64,000 nucleotides of DNA from Octopus bimaculoides (taxonomy: Eukaryota): the NCBI RefSeq assembly GCF_001194135.2, contig NC_068986.1, positions 111,096,726 to 111,160,725 of the forward strand, given 5' to 3'. Positions 12,271-26,689 of the stretch are shown here, piece by piece; the stretch's first letter is position 1; each line of letters opens with the position of its first letter. The translations under genes were made by a program, and so were the position numbers. The notes beneath the pieces were generated by a model. That model ran no database searches. It saw nothing but the letters and a program-made list of their open reading frames with translations, and was not told the DNA's origin.

Positions 12271-12626
12271 ATGGTATGTGGTAAATAGCTTCCATACCAG
12301 CCACATGGTTCCGGGTTCAGTCCCACTGCTTAGCCTCGGGACGACCAAAGACTTGTGAGTGGATTTGGTAGACGGAAATTGAAAGAAGCCTGTCGTAGAT
12401 ATGTGTGTGTGTATGTATATGTTTGTGTGCCTGTGTTTGTCCTCCCAACATCGCTTGACAACCGATGGTAACGTGTTTACGTCCCCGTAACTTAGCGGTT
12501 CGGCAAAAAGGACCGATAGAATAAGTACTAGGCTTACAAAGAATAAATCCTGGGGTCAATTTGCTCGACTAAAGGCGGTGCTCTAGCAGCAATCCCGCAG
12601 TCAAATAACTGAAACAAATAAAAGAG
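12271..12626 (+). mobile_element. tRNA-derived SINE, same family, lacking the first ~12 nt and with a ~29-nt internal deletion
   Basis: gtggtaaatagc...ggttccgggttcagtcccactgc...ccaaagacttgtgagtggatttggtagacggaaa...gaaacaaataaaagag aligns with the other copies. Confidence 0.92.
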
Positions 12627-12646
12627 ACTATATATATGTATGTATA

Positions 12647-12705
<59 letters not shown>

Positions 12706-13315
12706 GTACACATACATATGTATCAATCGACAAACTAAACTTGGAGCCTGCAGCAAGTAGTCACATGCAGATATATTATGTGGGATATATAATCCAATAT
12801 TCAAAATTATGTGAAATTCCTTTCATGGAGGACTTTAATCTGCAGTTCAATGCTAGCTTATTGAAATAAGGAATTTATAATTTATGCGACATTTCATAGA
12901 AATTAGAAATACCTCGTAAAATTCTTTTGAACTCACGTATTTCTCGTTGGATATTTCTAAAATGTTTCTTCTTTAAAATATGAAATTAGGTTAGTACGAT
13001 CAAATGACGAAATGCTGGCTAAGTTGCTCATTTATGTAATTTGTAGATATGCTGTTCTTTGTATAGGTTCCAATAGAATAACCTATCTATGTATGAATCT
13101 ATTTATCTACATGACTACACGTACCCTCTCTTCTTCTGTACACACATGCACCCACATATATATACATACACACACACGTACAAACTCACACATACTCACA
13201 CATAAGCACACACACATAATTAGGCTCCAAAATTTGGCGGTCCGCTATGGTCATAATTCCCAACCCTTTTAATTCAATCCTTCTTTCATGCACGCCACAC
13301 ACATACACGTACACG

Positions 13316-13316
13316 C

Positions 13317-13386
<70 letters not shown>

Positions 13387-13390
13387 ACAC
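13316..13390. repeat. (CA)n microsatellite
   Basis: Direct reading; one of dozens of CA/TG/TA/TACA arrays in the window. Confidence 0.95.
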
Positions 13391-15182
13391 ACATACACAT
13401 GCACACACACGCACACACACAGGTATACATGCACACAACAGCCTGTCAATTATACGCACACATTACAAAGTAGCAAGCACACAACGCTCACACATATATA
13501 TGCAACGATAACAGTTATTCCCCTTGCTAAACAGAACTCTCTACACTTGACGGCTGCTGAAAAATGCGCTCCAATTACAGCAATTATCATTTTAGGTTCT
13601 GTACTATGCAGTGACATCTTATCTTTCGGAAGAAGTGTGATTACGTGAAAAGTTGAAGACGTTTTTGCATCCTCACTTATCCTGAACTTGTAGCTGATAT
13701 TTATCTTTGAATAAGTCGTTACCTCTGCAGAATGCAGGCGCGCGCGCACACACACACACATGCACGCACACACAACTACAGACCACGCACACACACATGC
13801 ACACACTAATATACGCACTGGTATACACACACGCACATTTGTATGTATTTACTTATACTATATATATGCATATGTTTATATCGTTATATATACATGCATA
13901 TACACATGTATACATATACATATGCATATATATGTATATATACATACATAGTTATATACATACATATGCATACTTTTATGGAAATATATTTGCTTACGTT
14001 AAACAGACACACGCATACACACACACACAAACACACTTATATGGAAATTCCATACTAATGTGTTTCTATTGAATGATTTCTCTTCTCAATTTTGAAACTA
14101 ATTGTCATCGTACCTTACTGCTGTCAGGGCATAATAATTTTAAATTAAAGCTTGAAATGTTGCCTGTCTATTGTGTCATAGCTTCCTGAGATTCAATGAA
14201 TCACTGGTGGGAGCTTGGTGACAAATGCACTAACCTCATTCTCACCTTTCAGTATTCGTCAGCAATCACACTTGCAGGCACTTATTAAGTAGCCATCTTC
14301 AAATTTCTTTAATTAAAATTGAGTCTCTGCGTCTGTGATTGAAAAATCAATGACAAACTTGCGTATAAGGTAACGTACCCATGCGAACACGTTTTATAGA
14401 TTCATAAAGACCTAGATGTACATTATGGTATGTGGGATATTACAAAGAATTTTATAGCGTAATTATAAATCACGTTTGACATTTGCATAAATGGTAACGA
14501 AACACAAATACTAAGAATTAGCTTCTATCATTAAATATGTTATTAAATTCTATTTGATATAAACGAATTCTTTTGTCATTCAAATATTTAACACTCTGCA
14601 ACTTTAAGTGGAGAATGCAACGCAATGGTTAATGTAAATGCGACAGACACTTTATAGTTATCAAGACACGCTCTTGATAATTTCCATTCATATTCCTGAA
14701 GAAACAAAGAAGAATATTTTCCATTTCAGGGTATCTTCTTAAAGTACGTTTCTTGTTATTGCACTTTTCACTGTCACTTGTTGGTGAACTGGTTGTAATC
14801 TCAAATTATCGGTTAGAATTACTTAGGGGGAGTTTGCGCAATAATTTCAGGTCCTCGTAGTATACACCTCAATTCATCCTTCTCCAGTACGAGAGTTTAT
14901 GCTTCTCTATTCTCGTATATCTTCTGGATTATAATATAAGGATCATTCTACAATATAAGAATCACTTGTGTCACATGTTCTCACAGGTTCTTTCTGACTG
15001 AAAACTCGTCTTCATTTGACGTGCATTTCTGAAATAACCGATCACTTACAGATTTATTTCACCATGGAAATTCAGTTCGTCTAAAATCGTAAAGAATCCA
15101 CCCCTGACACCGGATAGCAAAATCCATGTAAACCAGATATGAAAAATTCATTTTCTGCCCTTTTCCGCTTTGTGTCTCTGTC

Positions 15183-15223
<41 letters not shown>

Positions 15224-17856
15224 GTCAATGTGTCTCGCTTTTCTTTAAAATCGATGTGATAAATGAATGTGTATGATGAGGGGCTAATAATTGCTTTTTG
15301 AATACCAGAAAGCATAAGATAATGGTGACAGTAGTTGTAAAGATAACCGCTTAGGGAGGAGGAATTAATTGCTAACACATATAACTCTCTGCATTTAGGA
15401 GTGATAGAATCATTGCAATACCAGTGATGAAACTGTGATTGGATTCTGTGCCGAGAAATGAGAGAGATGATACTTAGATTTAGAAAAACATTAGTAAGAA
15501 ATATATATTAAATTATACTTTGGCGCTCAAGGCTTTAAATGATTTGATCCTGTAGGTTATAGGAAAATACTTCAACGGTGGTATTTAGCAGTAAAAAATG
15601 ACATCTCGTTCTCCTCCCCGCTCATATATATATATATATATTCTCTTTCTCTTCATAAACTCATAACAGAGTCGATAAGAATAAAAATATACGAGAAATA
15701 GATACCATTGGCGTCATCTAATGTATTATCTTTCATGTTTGTTTTCGCTGTAAATAGTTATGACACTATTATTTCACAAAATAACAAAGGAAACTGAATT
15801 TGCCGAAACTGTGCATAGCCACAATGAATATATTAGTTTCATTCGTATTACACTAATCTAATTAATAACAAATCCCATATGGGTGTAACTGTAAACGTAG
15901 TATCATTAATCTGCTGGATTTCGTCTAATTCCTTTTCCTCTGCAATTCTAAATTGGACATCAAAGAATGTTTAAAGCAGATTTGGTGAAAAATACGTAAC
16001 ATATTTGTTGTTGCAGATGGTGCTGTTTCTACAGTCTCGCAGTGTTATATGAGAGCATAAAGACGATAAAAGTTTGTTCAGGAAAAGCATGTTATTGTTT
16101 ATCCCTAGGAAATATTTCAGTTAACAAATTTAGTGCTAAATGCCACGCCAGCCTTGATCATCACAACTTTCCTGTTTTTCATTCGATCGTCAAGTATGGT
16201 GTAACCTGGATAATATTCTTGTTAGACCTTCACTATTTCAAAAGTAGTGTGAGAATTAATGTAGATTTAGTTGCTACTTCTAATGAGAGCTTGTCAGTGT
16301 CCTTCTTTCTCTCCCCATTAATTTGTTACTAAAACTCTTTGTAGTTTCACTTCTTCGTGCGAAGTTTGGTACTGTTAGTGAGAAACGGAAACGGAATCAA
16401 ATTTCCGGCACCATTTTATATTGCAGAAAAACGTAACTGAAGAGAATTACCTTCAGCCTCACAGTGATCTCGGACAGAGAAGTCAAATTCTTTGTTCTTT
16501 TCTAGGATTTATTGATGTGTGAAGAAAAAAGTATTTATCTTAGGATAGCCAACCCTTTCCAAGGAGGTTTAGCCTATATTGTTTGAATCTCTCGTTATTA
16601 CTCCTAGAATTTTACATCTGTAAAAATCGGGGGAAATCTGTGCAAGCTGATTTCTGGTGTTTTCTCCTGTACACAATCTTTTGAATTTTGCTATTGGAAT
16701 GAAGTGGGAATGTAGCACATGCCATAGTATTATTCTGAAAATTTACTTTGTAAAAAAGTATAAGATTTACAGAGATGAGGTTTGATCGATTTACAATCAC
16801 AGTTAGTTGTGTAGAGGAAATTCTTAAATATGCTAGTTGGTTCAATGCTCGGTGTAACATTTACAAGAACGGTATCAAATATTTTCTTGTTATACCATTT
16901 TTTATCTCATTAATATTTCTATTTACCCTGTTCTAGAACTTCTTCATGCAGGGTATACATAATACAAGTACATTTATTTTTAGGATGCGCTTGAATCCTT
17001 TCTTCGCTCTTCTTTACCTGATTCCATAATTTTGCGTATACCAGACAACTTCATTCGGAATTTGAAGTTTTGTGTCTATCAGTAACGTCCTTAGCATTGG
17101 CATAGTGGCGAAATGTTTCTTATAACTTTCACAAAATCTGTCACAAAGGTGTGAACGTTAGCAATTTCTGCCGCAGCAGAGTCTTTCCAAATTACAAATG
17201 GGTCCGCCATAGGTTTACTACAGTGTGTATGGAGTATTCAGTATTTCGGTATCCCCGTGGTCGTAGCATCTCTTTTACGTAACTCCCTGTTTAGAACAGG
17301 AAGTCTTTTATAGACGAGTCTAGAAGAACAGTATTTATGCCGTCATGAATGATGTCCATTGCATTCTACATCACTATCATCACATGTTCATTACTTATCC
17401 AGAGATCGGGAACCTTTTTCCCCACGCGATTGATGTCGTTTGTATAACGAAAGGGCGTGATTAAGCCAACATCATGACCTGGCTAGGATTCTTCGGAACG
17501 TCTCTCCGACATACCATGAAAAAAAAAAAAATAGTCGACAACTCCAACAATTCCAGCCCCAGTTATGTCGACAACGATATTTGATTTTACTCAATTTTTC
17601 ATCGACCTCAAAAGGATGAAAAGGAAATTTGGATGTGATCCGGATTTGGCGTCACCTCATACGGTGCCAAAATAGATGGCGCATGATGTTTTTTTCCGAA
17701 ATACTAACGATTCGGTCAAGCAAAAGCCCTTGGATATGTATTGAATTCAACTAATCTTTTCTATCTTCGCCGTATCCTACTATCCCGCTAAATTCTCACG
17801 TACATCATTGACTATATACGTATCAGTCACGCAATTAGTGTATGTTCCCACCACCA

Positions 17857-17888
<32 letters not shown>

Positions 17889-19233
17889 TCGATCTCGCCA
17901 CCACTATTGCAAAATTTTCATATTGACTATTGTTGAGTTTGAAATTGAGTACAAGTCTACTAAATAAAAAAAAAACATGATTATTTCAAACTCAGTACAT
18001 AACTGGTACTTTGTTATATCAAGCTTAGAAAGACGAAACTAACCTCGTCCTCTGTACGATTCGATCAAATATGTGCAAGGAATTAACTAAACAAAACCTA
18101 CGCCAGTTATCCGGAGGCTCTACGGATTCTGATAACCCAACCTTCTTCCACCATTGAACTACGTCTACACCGACATCATCTTCACGTTCAGTAATAATAC
18201 TAAACACTAACGAAACATTATTACGCTAGAAACTACAAGAGAAAAACCATTAAGTACCGAGGTAGCTGTTTTATTGCGGATTTTATCTGCTGATGTCGAT
18301 TATTGGTTCCATTATGATCTGTATACAATCAGTTACTATAGCAACAATAGTTGTCGATTGAAATAGGAAAGAAATAGAAAGTGTAAGAGGAAGAAGGAGA
18401 AAAATCTGTCTTGTAACGAATAATGTGCAGAAAGATTTTTTATTTCTTTTTACGAAAAGTCACGATGCGAGATTGCATTATAACTGTAGCATAATAATAC
18501 TAATACTAATAATAACAGCAACAACAATGATAAACAATACAACAAAGAAAAATGTATAAGCAAAAAAAATATGGGTTGAAAAGTCGATATAAATATCTTG
18601 AAATGCTAAAAGATGCGAAGTAAGTGCATCGCTTTCTAAATTTCGGAAATTAACAAATATTTCACGAAGACTTTAAAATGTAACAATGGTTTCTAGTGTT
18701 GACACTGAATTAAAAATGTTGACATAAGGAATATATCCATATTATCTGCAGACATTCTTGTCTTCGTGGGCATTTCTACAATAGTTTAAGAGGAAACATC
18801 AAACCAGATTATGAGTGCAAGGTTCGAGTTCGTCCGTTATCCCACGCCTGAAGTTGTGGAAACTGCAAATGCAAAAATCTTACGTTCAAAAATACTGCTT
18901 TCTTTAAAATGAAATTAGTTGTAACAAAGAAATTTTCGATATAAATACATATGCATAATATATTATATTATACATGCGTGAACCCATGTATATGGTTCGT
19001 ATACATGTGTGTGTGAATATATATATACATGTATAGATATACATACATAAATACACACATATATTGATGTAAATGTATGTCCACCAGTTATTTATCTATC
19101 TATCGATTCATACAGACACAGCCACATACAGATACATACATACATACATACATGCATACAGATACATACACACATAAACAAACAAACAAACAAACAAACA
19201 AACAAACAAACATACATACATACATACATACAT

Positions 19234-19898
19234 ATAGCTAGGACACTCCAGAACTCCAGTATAGTAGACACCATAGCCACTAAAACGAAAAAGATTACTG
19301 GTGGAATGTTCCAGTGAAGACCTCAATAAAATATAAGCAAAAGAGAACTGATTTAATGATTTGGGATAGAGAAGAGAATCTGTGCACAGTTGTGGAAATC
19401 TTTCCAACGGATGTTACCAGAAAGCTGAAGATCAGTGAAAAAGAGAACACCTATGCTGAATTGTTGAGGAATCTGTTGTTACTCTATCCAGATTACAAGT
19501 TCAGGTTTATACCTGTAATTATGGGGGCCTGGGATATTTAACACACTGGCCAAATACCAATCTTGAGAAATTTGGCTTCTCAAAACAAAGGAGAAAGCTA
19601 ATTCGAAGACTACAGATCTAATCCATTATTGGAACTGTAAAAATCTGTAAAACCTTCCAGAAGTTTAACATTTATGTATATCTGAGCATGTCTAGACGTG
19701 CAACTATATCCACGAGAATGCATACATAAAGCAAAACGTACAAAACTACACATATTATACATACAAACAAAAATATCCTGTTGTTGATGTTGAAATTCCA
19801 ATGAAGGGGCCTTGAATCTAGGTTAGAAACCGACCCTTTCCTTATTGGCAAGACATCTTGAAATAAAGCTGAAGAATGATATTCATACATACATACAT
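19234..19898 (+). mobile_element. R4/Dong-like (RLE) non-LTR retrotransposon, 5'-truncated copy A with 3' UTR and (CATA)n tail
   Basis: YWWNV...KYKQKRTDLMIWDREENLCTVVEI...KISEKENTYAELLRNL...FIPVIMGA...GTVKICKTFQKF fits a restriction-like endonuclease (RPD...E...K-x-x-x-Y) plus the PVIIGALG tail of R4/Dong-type ORFs. The 3' UTR is shared with copy B. Confidence 0.8.
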
Positions 19899-20569
19899 AT
19901 AATGTCAATGACGAAATGAAGAATAAATGAAATGCCCTGTATGATCACTATTTCATAGGCTGTGAAGAGACAATTCATTTTATTAATGCAACCACTTCTC
20001 CAGCCGTAAGTAAAATATCTGTAATTATGTCGACCTGGAAATTTGAAGAAACGTATTTATTTTGAGAACAGTCAATCCTGATACATAAGGAGTATATTTA
20101 TTGCAGCATGATTATTCCATAGATCAACAAGTATTATTTAATCTCTGCTAAGCATTTAATTTCAAAATCTTTATTCATTTTTGCAGCCGATAACAAATGC
20201 AATGTAAATAAATGTGTCTTCGCTTAGCGTTAACCTGATATATATCAATTCTGCTGTGTAGAGAGGGTACATCGTTTGAGCCATTCACGTATGGCATTCG
20301 TCATTTGAAACCTTCCTTTTTGTGTTGTAAGTGATGATACTGTCCTATAGTTTTGTCGTTTGATTCGCCAACGTCGTCATGTTTCATTTGTTAGTATGCC
20401 TGACTGATTATTCATCACTATCAAGTCGTTCGTGATAGAACTTTGGCCTATTTCCATGTACATTATTTTGAAATAATTAATATTTCTTCTTAAACCTGCA
20501 TCCTGGCATGACTTTGTAAATAATTTTATGCCATTTTTTGACGTCAATATTTTCCCACACATGTTGAAC

Positions 20570-21290
20570 TCAAAACATCACCAGCCTTATATGAACATGC
20601 CTCGCCTAAGGCTTTGAAACCAGCAGGAAAACTGATTCTTAAACATTTTTACCATTGACTGATTTTGTGTTCGACATTGAAGATTCTTTCCTCTTGCAAA
20701 TGGTCTGTATGGAGCATGCATATTTTTTTCCTTCTCAAATAATGCTACACTACCAACGACTATTTTGCTCCATTGGAAGCCTGCTCTTCCCAATTTTCAT
20801 TAGAGGAAGCACATATCAAGTTCAACTTAAGAAGGCCTTTTGTACTGCTGATTTTGTCCTAACGCCTTCCCCTTTCCTTTTTTTAAGTTCCTCATAAAAC
20901 AACTGTATCTCATGCACGCCAGCTCTCCAATCCACGTTAAAACCCTCCGATTGATGATAGCTTCAATGTTAGACATATCAACCTCCACTACGACGTCAGT
21001 CTGCGTGGTATATATGGTCCAGTTCTCATTGACTATATATGTGAATCATCATTGGTGAAACGTCCAAACAAATTGACTTAGTATTTGTAAATCATCCAAG
21101 TTTCATAGCTATACTATAAAGCTGAGTGCAGACTAGTTTTGTATATGGATATCTGTGCATTCAATCTGATTCAGTGTTCTGACCAAAGCCTGCTTTTCAG
21201 ATTTCCAGTAGGAGCCGAAGCCTTCTTCACTGTGTAGAATATCTCCTTCATTAAACAGACACCATCTGAGAGCGCACTCATAGGAAAAGC
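20570..21290 (-). mobile_element. RTE-clade LINE, degenerate RT C-terminal fragment
   Basis: Minus strand ISIYKTSLHSAL*YSYETW (~21096-21150) corresponds to LLYGCETW, and LTWIGELACMR...FYEEL corresponds to LRWxGHVxRM...LFYGEL. Confidence 0.7.
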
Positions 21291-21390
21291 AAGCCTATTC
21301 ATTCTTTTAATTTGATATATGCGTTATGCTTTTCTCGGTGACACCTGCAACACACACGTATACATGCGCGCGCACACACACAAAATCACA

Positions 21391-21436
<46 letters not shown>

Positions 21437-21457
21437 TATATCCAAGTATACTCACTC

Positions 21458-21498
<41 letters not shown>

Positions 21499-21822
21499 TA
21501 TATACATATAACGATCCCTCTATTTACATATATATGCATATCTGTATGTATATATCTGTCGACACAAAGACAAACACACTTACACAGACACGCATATCAG
21601 AATTGTGAAACCGAACGAAAAAGATTTGCGGTAATGTTACAGTTATATGACCGCCTGCACGACTGACGGGACCCAATACGAAAATAAAACCTTTAGTGTC
21701 GATATCTCAATATCTAGAGTAACCGACAGTTTTACTCACCAAAGATTATAGGTTGAGAGGAAGTACAATGTGCTGCAAGTTCGAGATTACACTAATATAT
21801 ACCAACACCGATGGATATATAT

Positions 21823-21865
<43 letters not shown>

Positions 21866-22377
21866 CGTATGTGTGTGTGTACGTATGTAAGTATACGCAT
21901 ACATGTATGTAAGATGTATATTATATATATACATATATATAATAACTGCATATAATATATATCATAATGATATTTATTCTATGTAGGTATGTATACACAC
22001 ACAAACACACAGGCGCGCGCGCACACACACACACACACACGCACGCACGCACGCGCGCACACACACACACACATACACACACACACACATACACACACAC
22101 TATGTGGTGTTTCTAAGTCATTTTTTTTCCTTTTTCGAGATAAAAAAAATCTCGCAAACACTCTTATATTAGCCGACATAGACTTACACATTTTCACACA
22201 CGTACAGTCACAGAGTCATTTACACTTAGACCTATGCAATACTTATACGTGTACTGTGTGTGTTTGCGAGCATACTTGTACGTGTTTTTGTGTAGGTGTA
22301 TGGCTATATATTTTTGAATGCGTACATTTATACACACACACACACACAAATACACACACATATCAATAATTCGTTCG

Positions 22378-22504
22378 TCAGTTTTCCGCCATTTTTCTAC
22401 TATTGAAACTAATGTTAAGCCGAGTGACAAGGTTGTTAGATGTATTGTGATACATTTGCTTCAGGCGTGTTTAGTGGTTGAGCGAGTAAATAATCTGTGT
22501 GAGT
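22378..22504 (+). promoter_or_regulatory. Candidate core promoter/first exon: Inr-like TCAGTT, YY1-type CCGCCATTTT, downstream GTGAGT donor
   Basis: TCAGTT at 22378-22383, CCGCCATTTT at 22386-22395, gtgagt at 22499-22504. Motif match only. Confidence 0.3.
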
Positions 22505-24067
22505 AATTGTGTGAGGAATAAAGAGCGAGTAAAAGGTCAGAAATATTCATTACAACTTTTTCTGATACTACATTAGATGTTCTTTTCTCTTTAATATTGC
22601 AATATTTATTTCCGTGATTTCACAATGCCCTAGAGTGCTCCTACTATCTTTGTCTTCCTATTTTGCAAGCGGCCGACATAAGTTACAGCTGAAATTTACC
22701 ATGTCTGTCGTAAAGAATTTCCGACAGGGGACTTGGCGATAGCGCGACGAGTCAATCATTGAATATGAAAGTGTAATATATGAAAAAAACAACTACAAAA
22801 AAACATCAACAACAACAACAGAATAAACACACATTTCAACCCATCCACCTACGCATACACATACAGACGTATGCACATACGCAGACACACATGTATATAA
22901 AGGGAGTGCGAGAAAGAGGGAGAAGCACATATATATGCATATATATTTTTTTACTTGTTCTAGCAAATTTATATTCGTACGTGTCTATATACATATATAT
23001 ACTCACACATAAACACACACATGTTCGCAAACACACACACTCATACTTATATATATAGACACGTGTATGCGAACACACATGTATGTGTGTTCGCATTTAT
23101 ATATGGGTATATATATATGCATATATGATGTTCCCTTACTTCTTATTATAGCTTTATTATAAAATCACTTTCCATTCCGATTCAATAATTGTCCTACCTT
23201 TCAATCTATTGGTGTGTACCTGATATATAAATCTTGTTATTTGCGAACAATATATCCAATTGATAGGGAGGATTCCACTTAAGCCTCACCATCTTTATAC
23301 AGGAGATCTCCAATTTGCTTATATTTTCTTGACCGACATTTTATCGCTAGATACCACTCCAACGATGCCTGTATTATTGTATTCGATGTATTGGCAGAGT
23401 TGTTTGCCCTCGCGTGTTTGGCGTTACTGTTTGGACCCTGAATTATTTGACATAAGAAGTTTTGAGATTTTTCTCGCTATCTCCCTCCCTCCCTTTCTGT
23501 GTCTGTCTCCCACTACTTCTCTCACTGTCATTCGTTCTTTTGATAAGTGTGTGCATATGTTTATTTCGATATATTAAATTGTGTTATATTACCGTTGCAT
23601 TAAATATGACACATTTTTGGCAATGTTACATTTTGAAAAATATATCAGATGTGCCCCACCAAAATCCACATTTGAAACAAGTGTACGCAGTATAAACAAG
23701 TTATATAAAATGTTTAGCCCTTTTCTGAGGTTTAGAATATATTCGCTAATTCCATACTGCCATATATTCTTGAAGTGTTTGATTTAGGTAACTTTCGTTG
23801 CATTTTGGAAACTTATTTGATGAAAATCATGCACTTTTCAATGGACGGTTTATCTATATCACCTTACAAAAATAGAATAAGGCATCATATTCTTGTAACG
23901 TTTTGACTAGTGAAAGATATCGATTGACATAAAATATAACAGTGATTGAGAAAAATAATTTTCATCCATTTAATCGATGATCCACAAAGATAAACTAAAG
24001 AAAATATCGATATTATCTTCATGGATTACTTTACAGATTCCTCGGAGGTGAAATGCGATATGCTTTT

Positions 24068-24291
24068 ATGGCTGAGTCGTTAAGAAACTCACTTTGTGAC
24101 CATGTGGGTTCCTGTTCAGTGTCACCTCGCACTGTCTCGGGTAAGTGTCCTCCTCTCTAGCCCCGGCTCATCAAATGCCTTGTCAGGGAATCAGGTAAAC
24201 GGAAGCTGGGTGGAGACTCTTCCTATATATAAGCTGTTCGTTTGTCTCTCTTTCTGTGTGTACGTGTGTGTGTGTATGTGTGTGTATATGT

Positions 24292-24328
<37 letters not shown>

Positions 24329-24440
24329 TACGTTTGTGTTTGTCCTCTTCTAAAATGATTGACAACCAGTGTTTTGTTTTTGTACGTCCCCGTCATTCAA
24401 CGCATTTGCAAAGAGCCCTGTGTTATAAGGACCGTGCTGC
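24068..24440 (+). mobile_element. Old, diverged copy of the tRNA-derived SINE
   Basis: Degenerate head, internal (TG)n, and gattgacaaccagtg...tacgtccccgt match the layout of the younger copies. Confidence 0.7.
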
Positions 24441-26689
24441 AAAACAGATACTGCGATCGATGTTTTCGACTAAACATTACAAGATGATGGCCCAATATTT
24501 CTACAGTCCAATGATTAAATTAAATAAAAGATAAGGAATGAAGTTAAAGTAACTGAAAATGAGCACATAATGACCTTGATGGTCACGAAAATCTGAAAAC
24601 TTAGGGTACATAATTGTAAATACTACAAAAGGATTTATTTATCTTTTAGCAATCCAGGTGGTAGTGGTACCCTAGAAAAACAGGAGACTATTTTGCTTGT
24701 GTAGCACTTCTGAATACATGTTCTATTATTCTCTTAGCGACTGTCAACTTGATAGCGCGTATTGCGTTTCAGATGGCTGCTAAAACGATATATAGAATGA
24801 AATAGTGAGATGGGAAAATTGTAAGCTATTAGATTAAATAATACTGCATACTGCAGTGCATTATATCCGTAAACAATGCATGCTTGTAATTAGAAAATAT
24901 GATTCAACGAATATTAGTTATTATGCAAGAAACAGAGCTACGCCCAGTTGTTTAAAAAAGTATTTGAGAACCGCAGGCAGCGATGATCTTATGAAGTATC
25001 CAAAAATTAATCCACGCATTAGTTATATGAATCATGTTATTTGTAAATAATTAAAAAACAAAACAAAAAAAAAAGCACAAAACACCAATGGCTGTCATTT
25101 TCACGATTTGTTTCAATGTGTTTGCTTTTCTATAAATCATTTTAACTCTGTGGCATCAGTGTGGATTTTATTCCTTTTCTTTTTCATATACTTCAATTAG
25201 ATTCTATTTTTGCTGTGGGTAATATTGTCAAATTGACATCTTTAATGGAAATGGTATTTGAAAGTGAAGGACAATTATATTTGCTTTGTGGAATTCCAGA
25301 GCATTAAATTGATATCCTATACAGTGTTATAACAAAATACTGAAGGTTTGATAACAAACATACCAAACGAATGACCCCCACCTTTTTATTATACTTTTCA
25401 TTTAATATTAAAATTAATTATAGGAAAATGCAATAAATTATTTAATTGAAAATTTCTCATCAAACTAGATGTTAGAATGATTTTTGTTTTCAATTTCTTT
25501 TTCAAGAAGTTGGAATGAAACAGGAAAACATGATTAAATTCGTGATGCAGCTGGTTTAGAGAATAATATACAAATTTAACTGTGATAATATATGAGTGAC
25601 GATATTAATCATTACATATGTGTGTATATATGAATGCTGTGGATGAGTATTTGCAAGTTTTTTTTTTGTGAATTATTATATGTGTTCGTGAATATATACG
25701 CATGCTCTATGTACATATTCATAACTACGTACATATATATACTTACATTAATAATTTAGATGTTTCATATTTGTATCAACACACACATACGTTGTCATGG
25801 AGCATATGTACATGCATACAATACGTATATGTTTGTATATACATGCATACTTACATACATACACACACATTCACACACACACACACACACTATCATATAT
25901 ATGTATACATAATCATGCATTTATGTATGTTTTAGCGAGTGTGTGCATATATGCACTGTCCTTGACATGTTGCAATGCTTTTGCAATTAATAGATTCTAG
26001 TGAAATATCAGTCTTGATGAGAAGCATGGAAACTGCTTTGAATAGCATAGAAATTTGGGTTATCACAAGAGGTTCGGCGAAGAAGACAGTTAATTTAGTA
26101 CTAATTAGTATAAAGACGGGTGAAGTTACATAATACGTAGACGGAACAATACATAGTTCTACTGAATTCAAAGAGAAACTTACAATAATTGCATCTGGAT
26201 TAATCAGAGGAAGAAACTGTTGTTGACGGCTAACACTGCACTATTGTAGAGAATATAGAGGAAAGAGAAACAAATGGTGGGAGTTCGAGAGAAGGAAAGT
26301 GATACAAACATGAGGTAGAGATATAGTTATAAGGGAATGCTGGAAATAGGAAATGAAGGAATCAGTTGGGAAGTATGTGAGAGAGAAAATATGACTGAGA
26401 AAAAGCGTAATGGAGTTATTGTGAGAAAGAGCGGATGAGGGAATGAGGAAAGATGATAATGATGGAAGAGAGGGTAAGTTGGATTAAAGAGAAGAAAAGA
26501 AGAGTAAATTTCACCGTACATATTTACATATATACACACATACAGACATACATACACACACACACATAATACACACACATACACACACACACACATATAT
26601 ATATTATGTTAATGTGTGTTTTTATGCTTAGTAAGCCATAATGTATTCCTGATAGGTGCGCATGATTTATATGGTTATGTTAACCGTAC

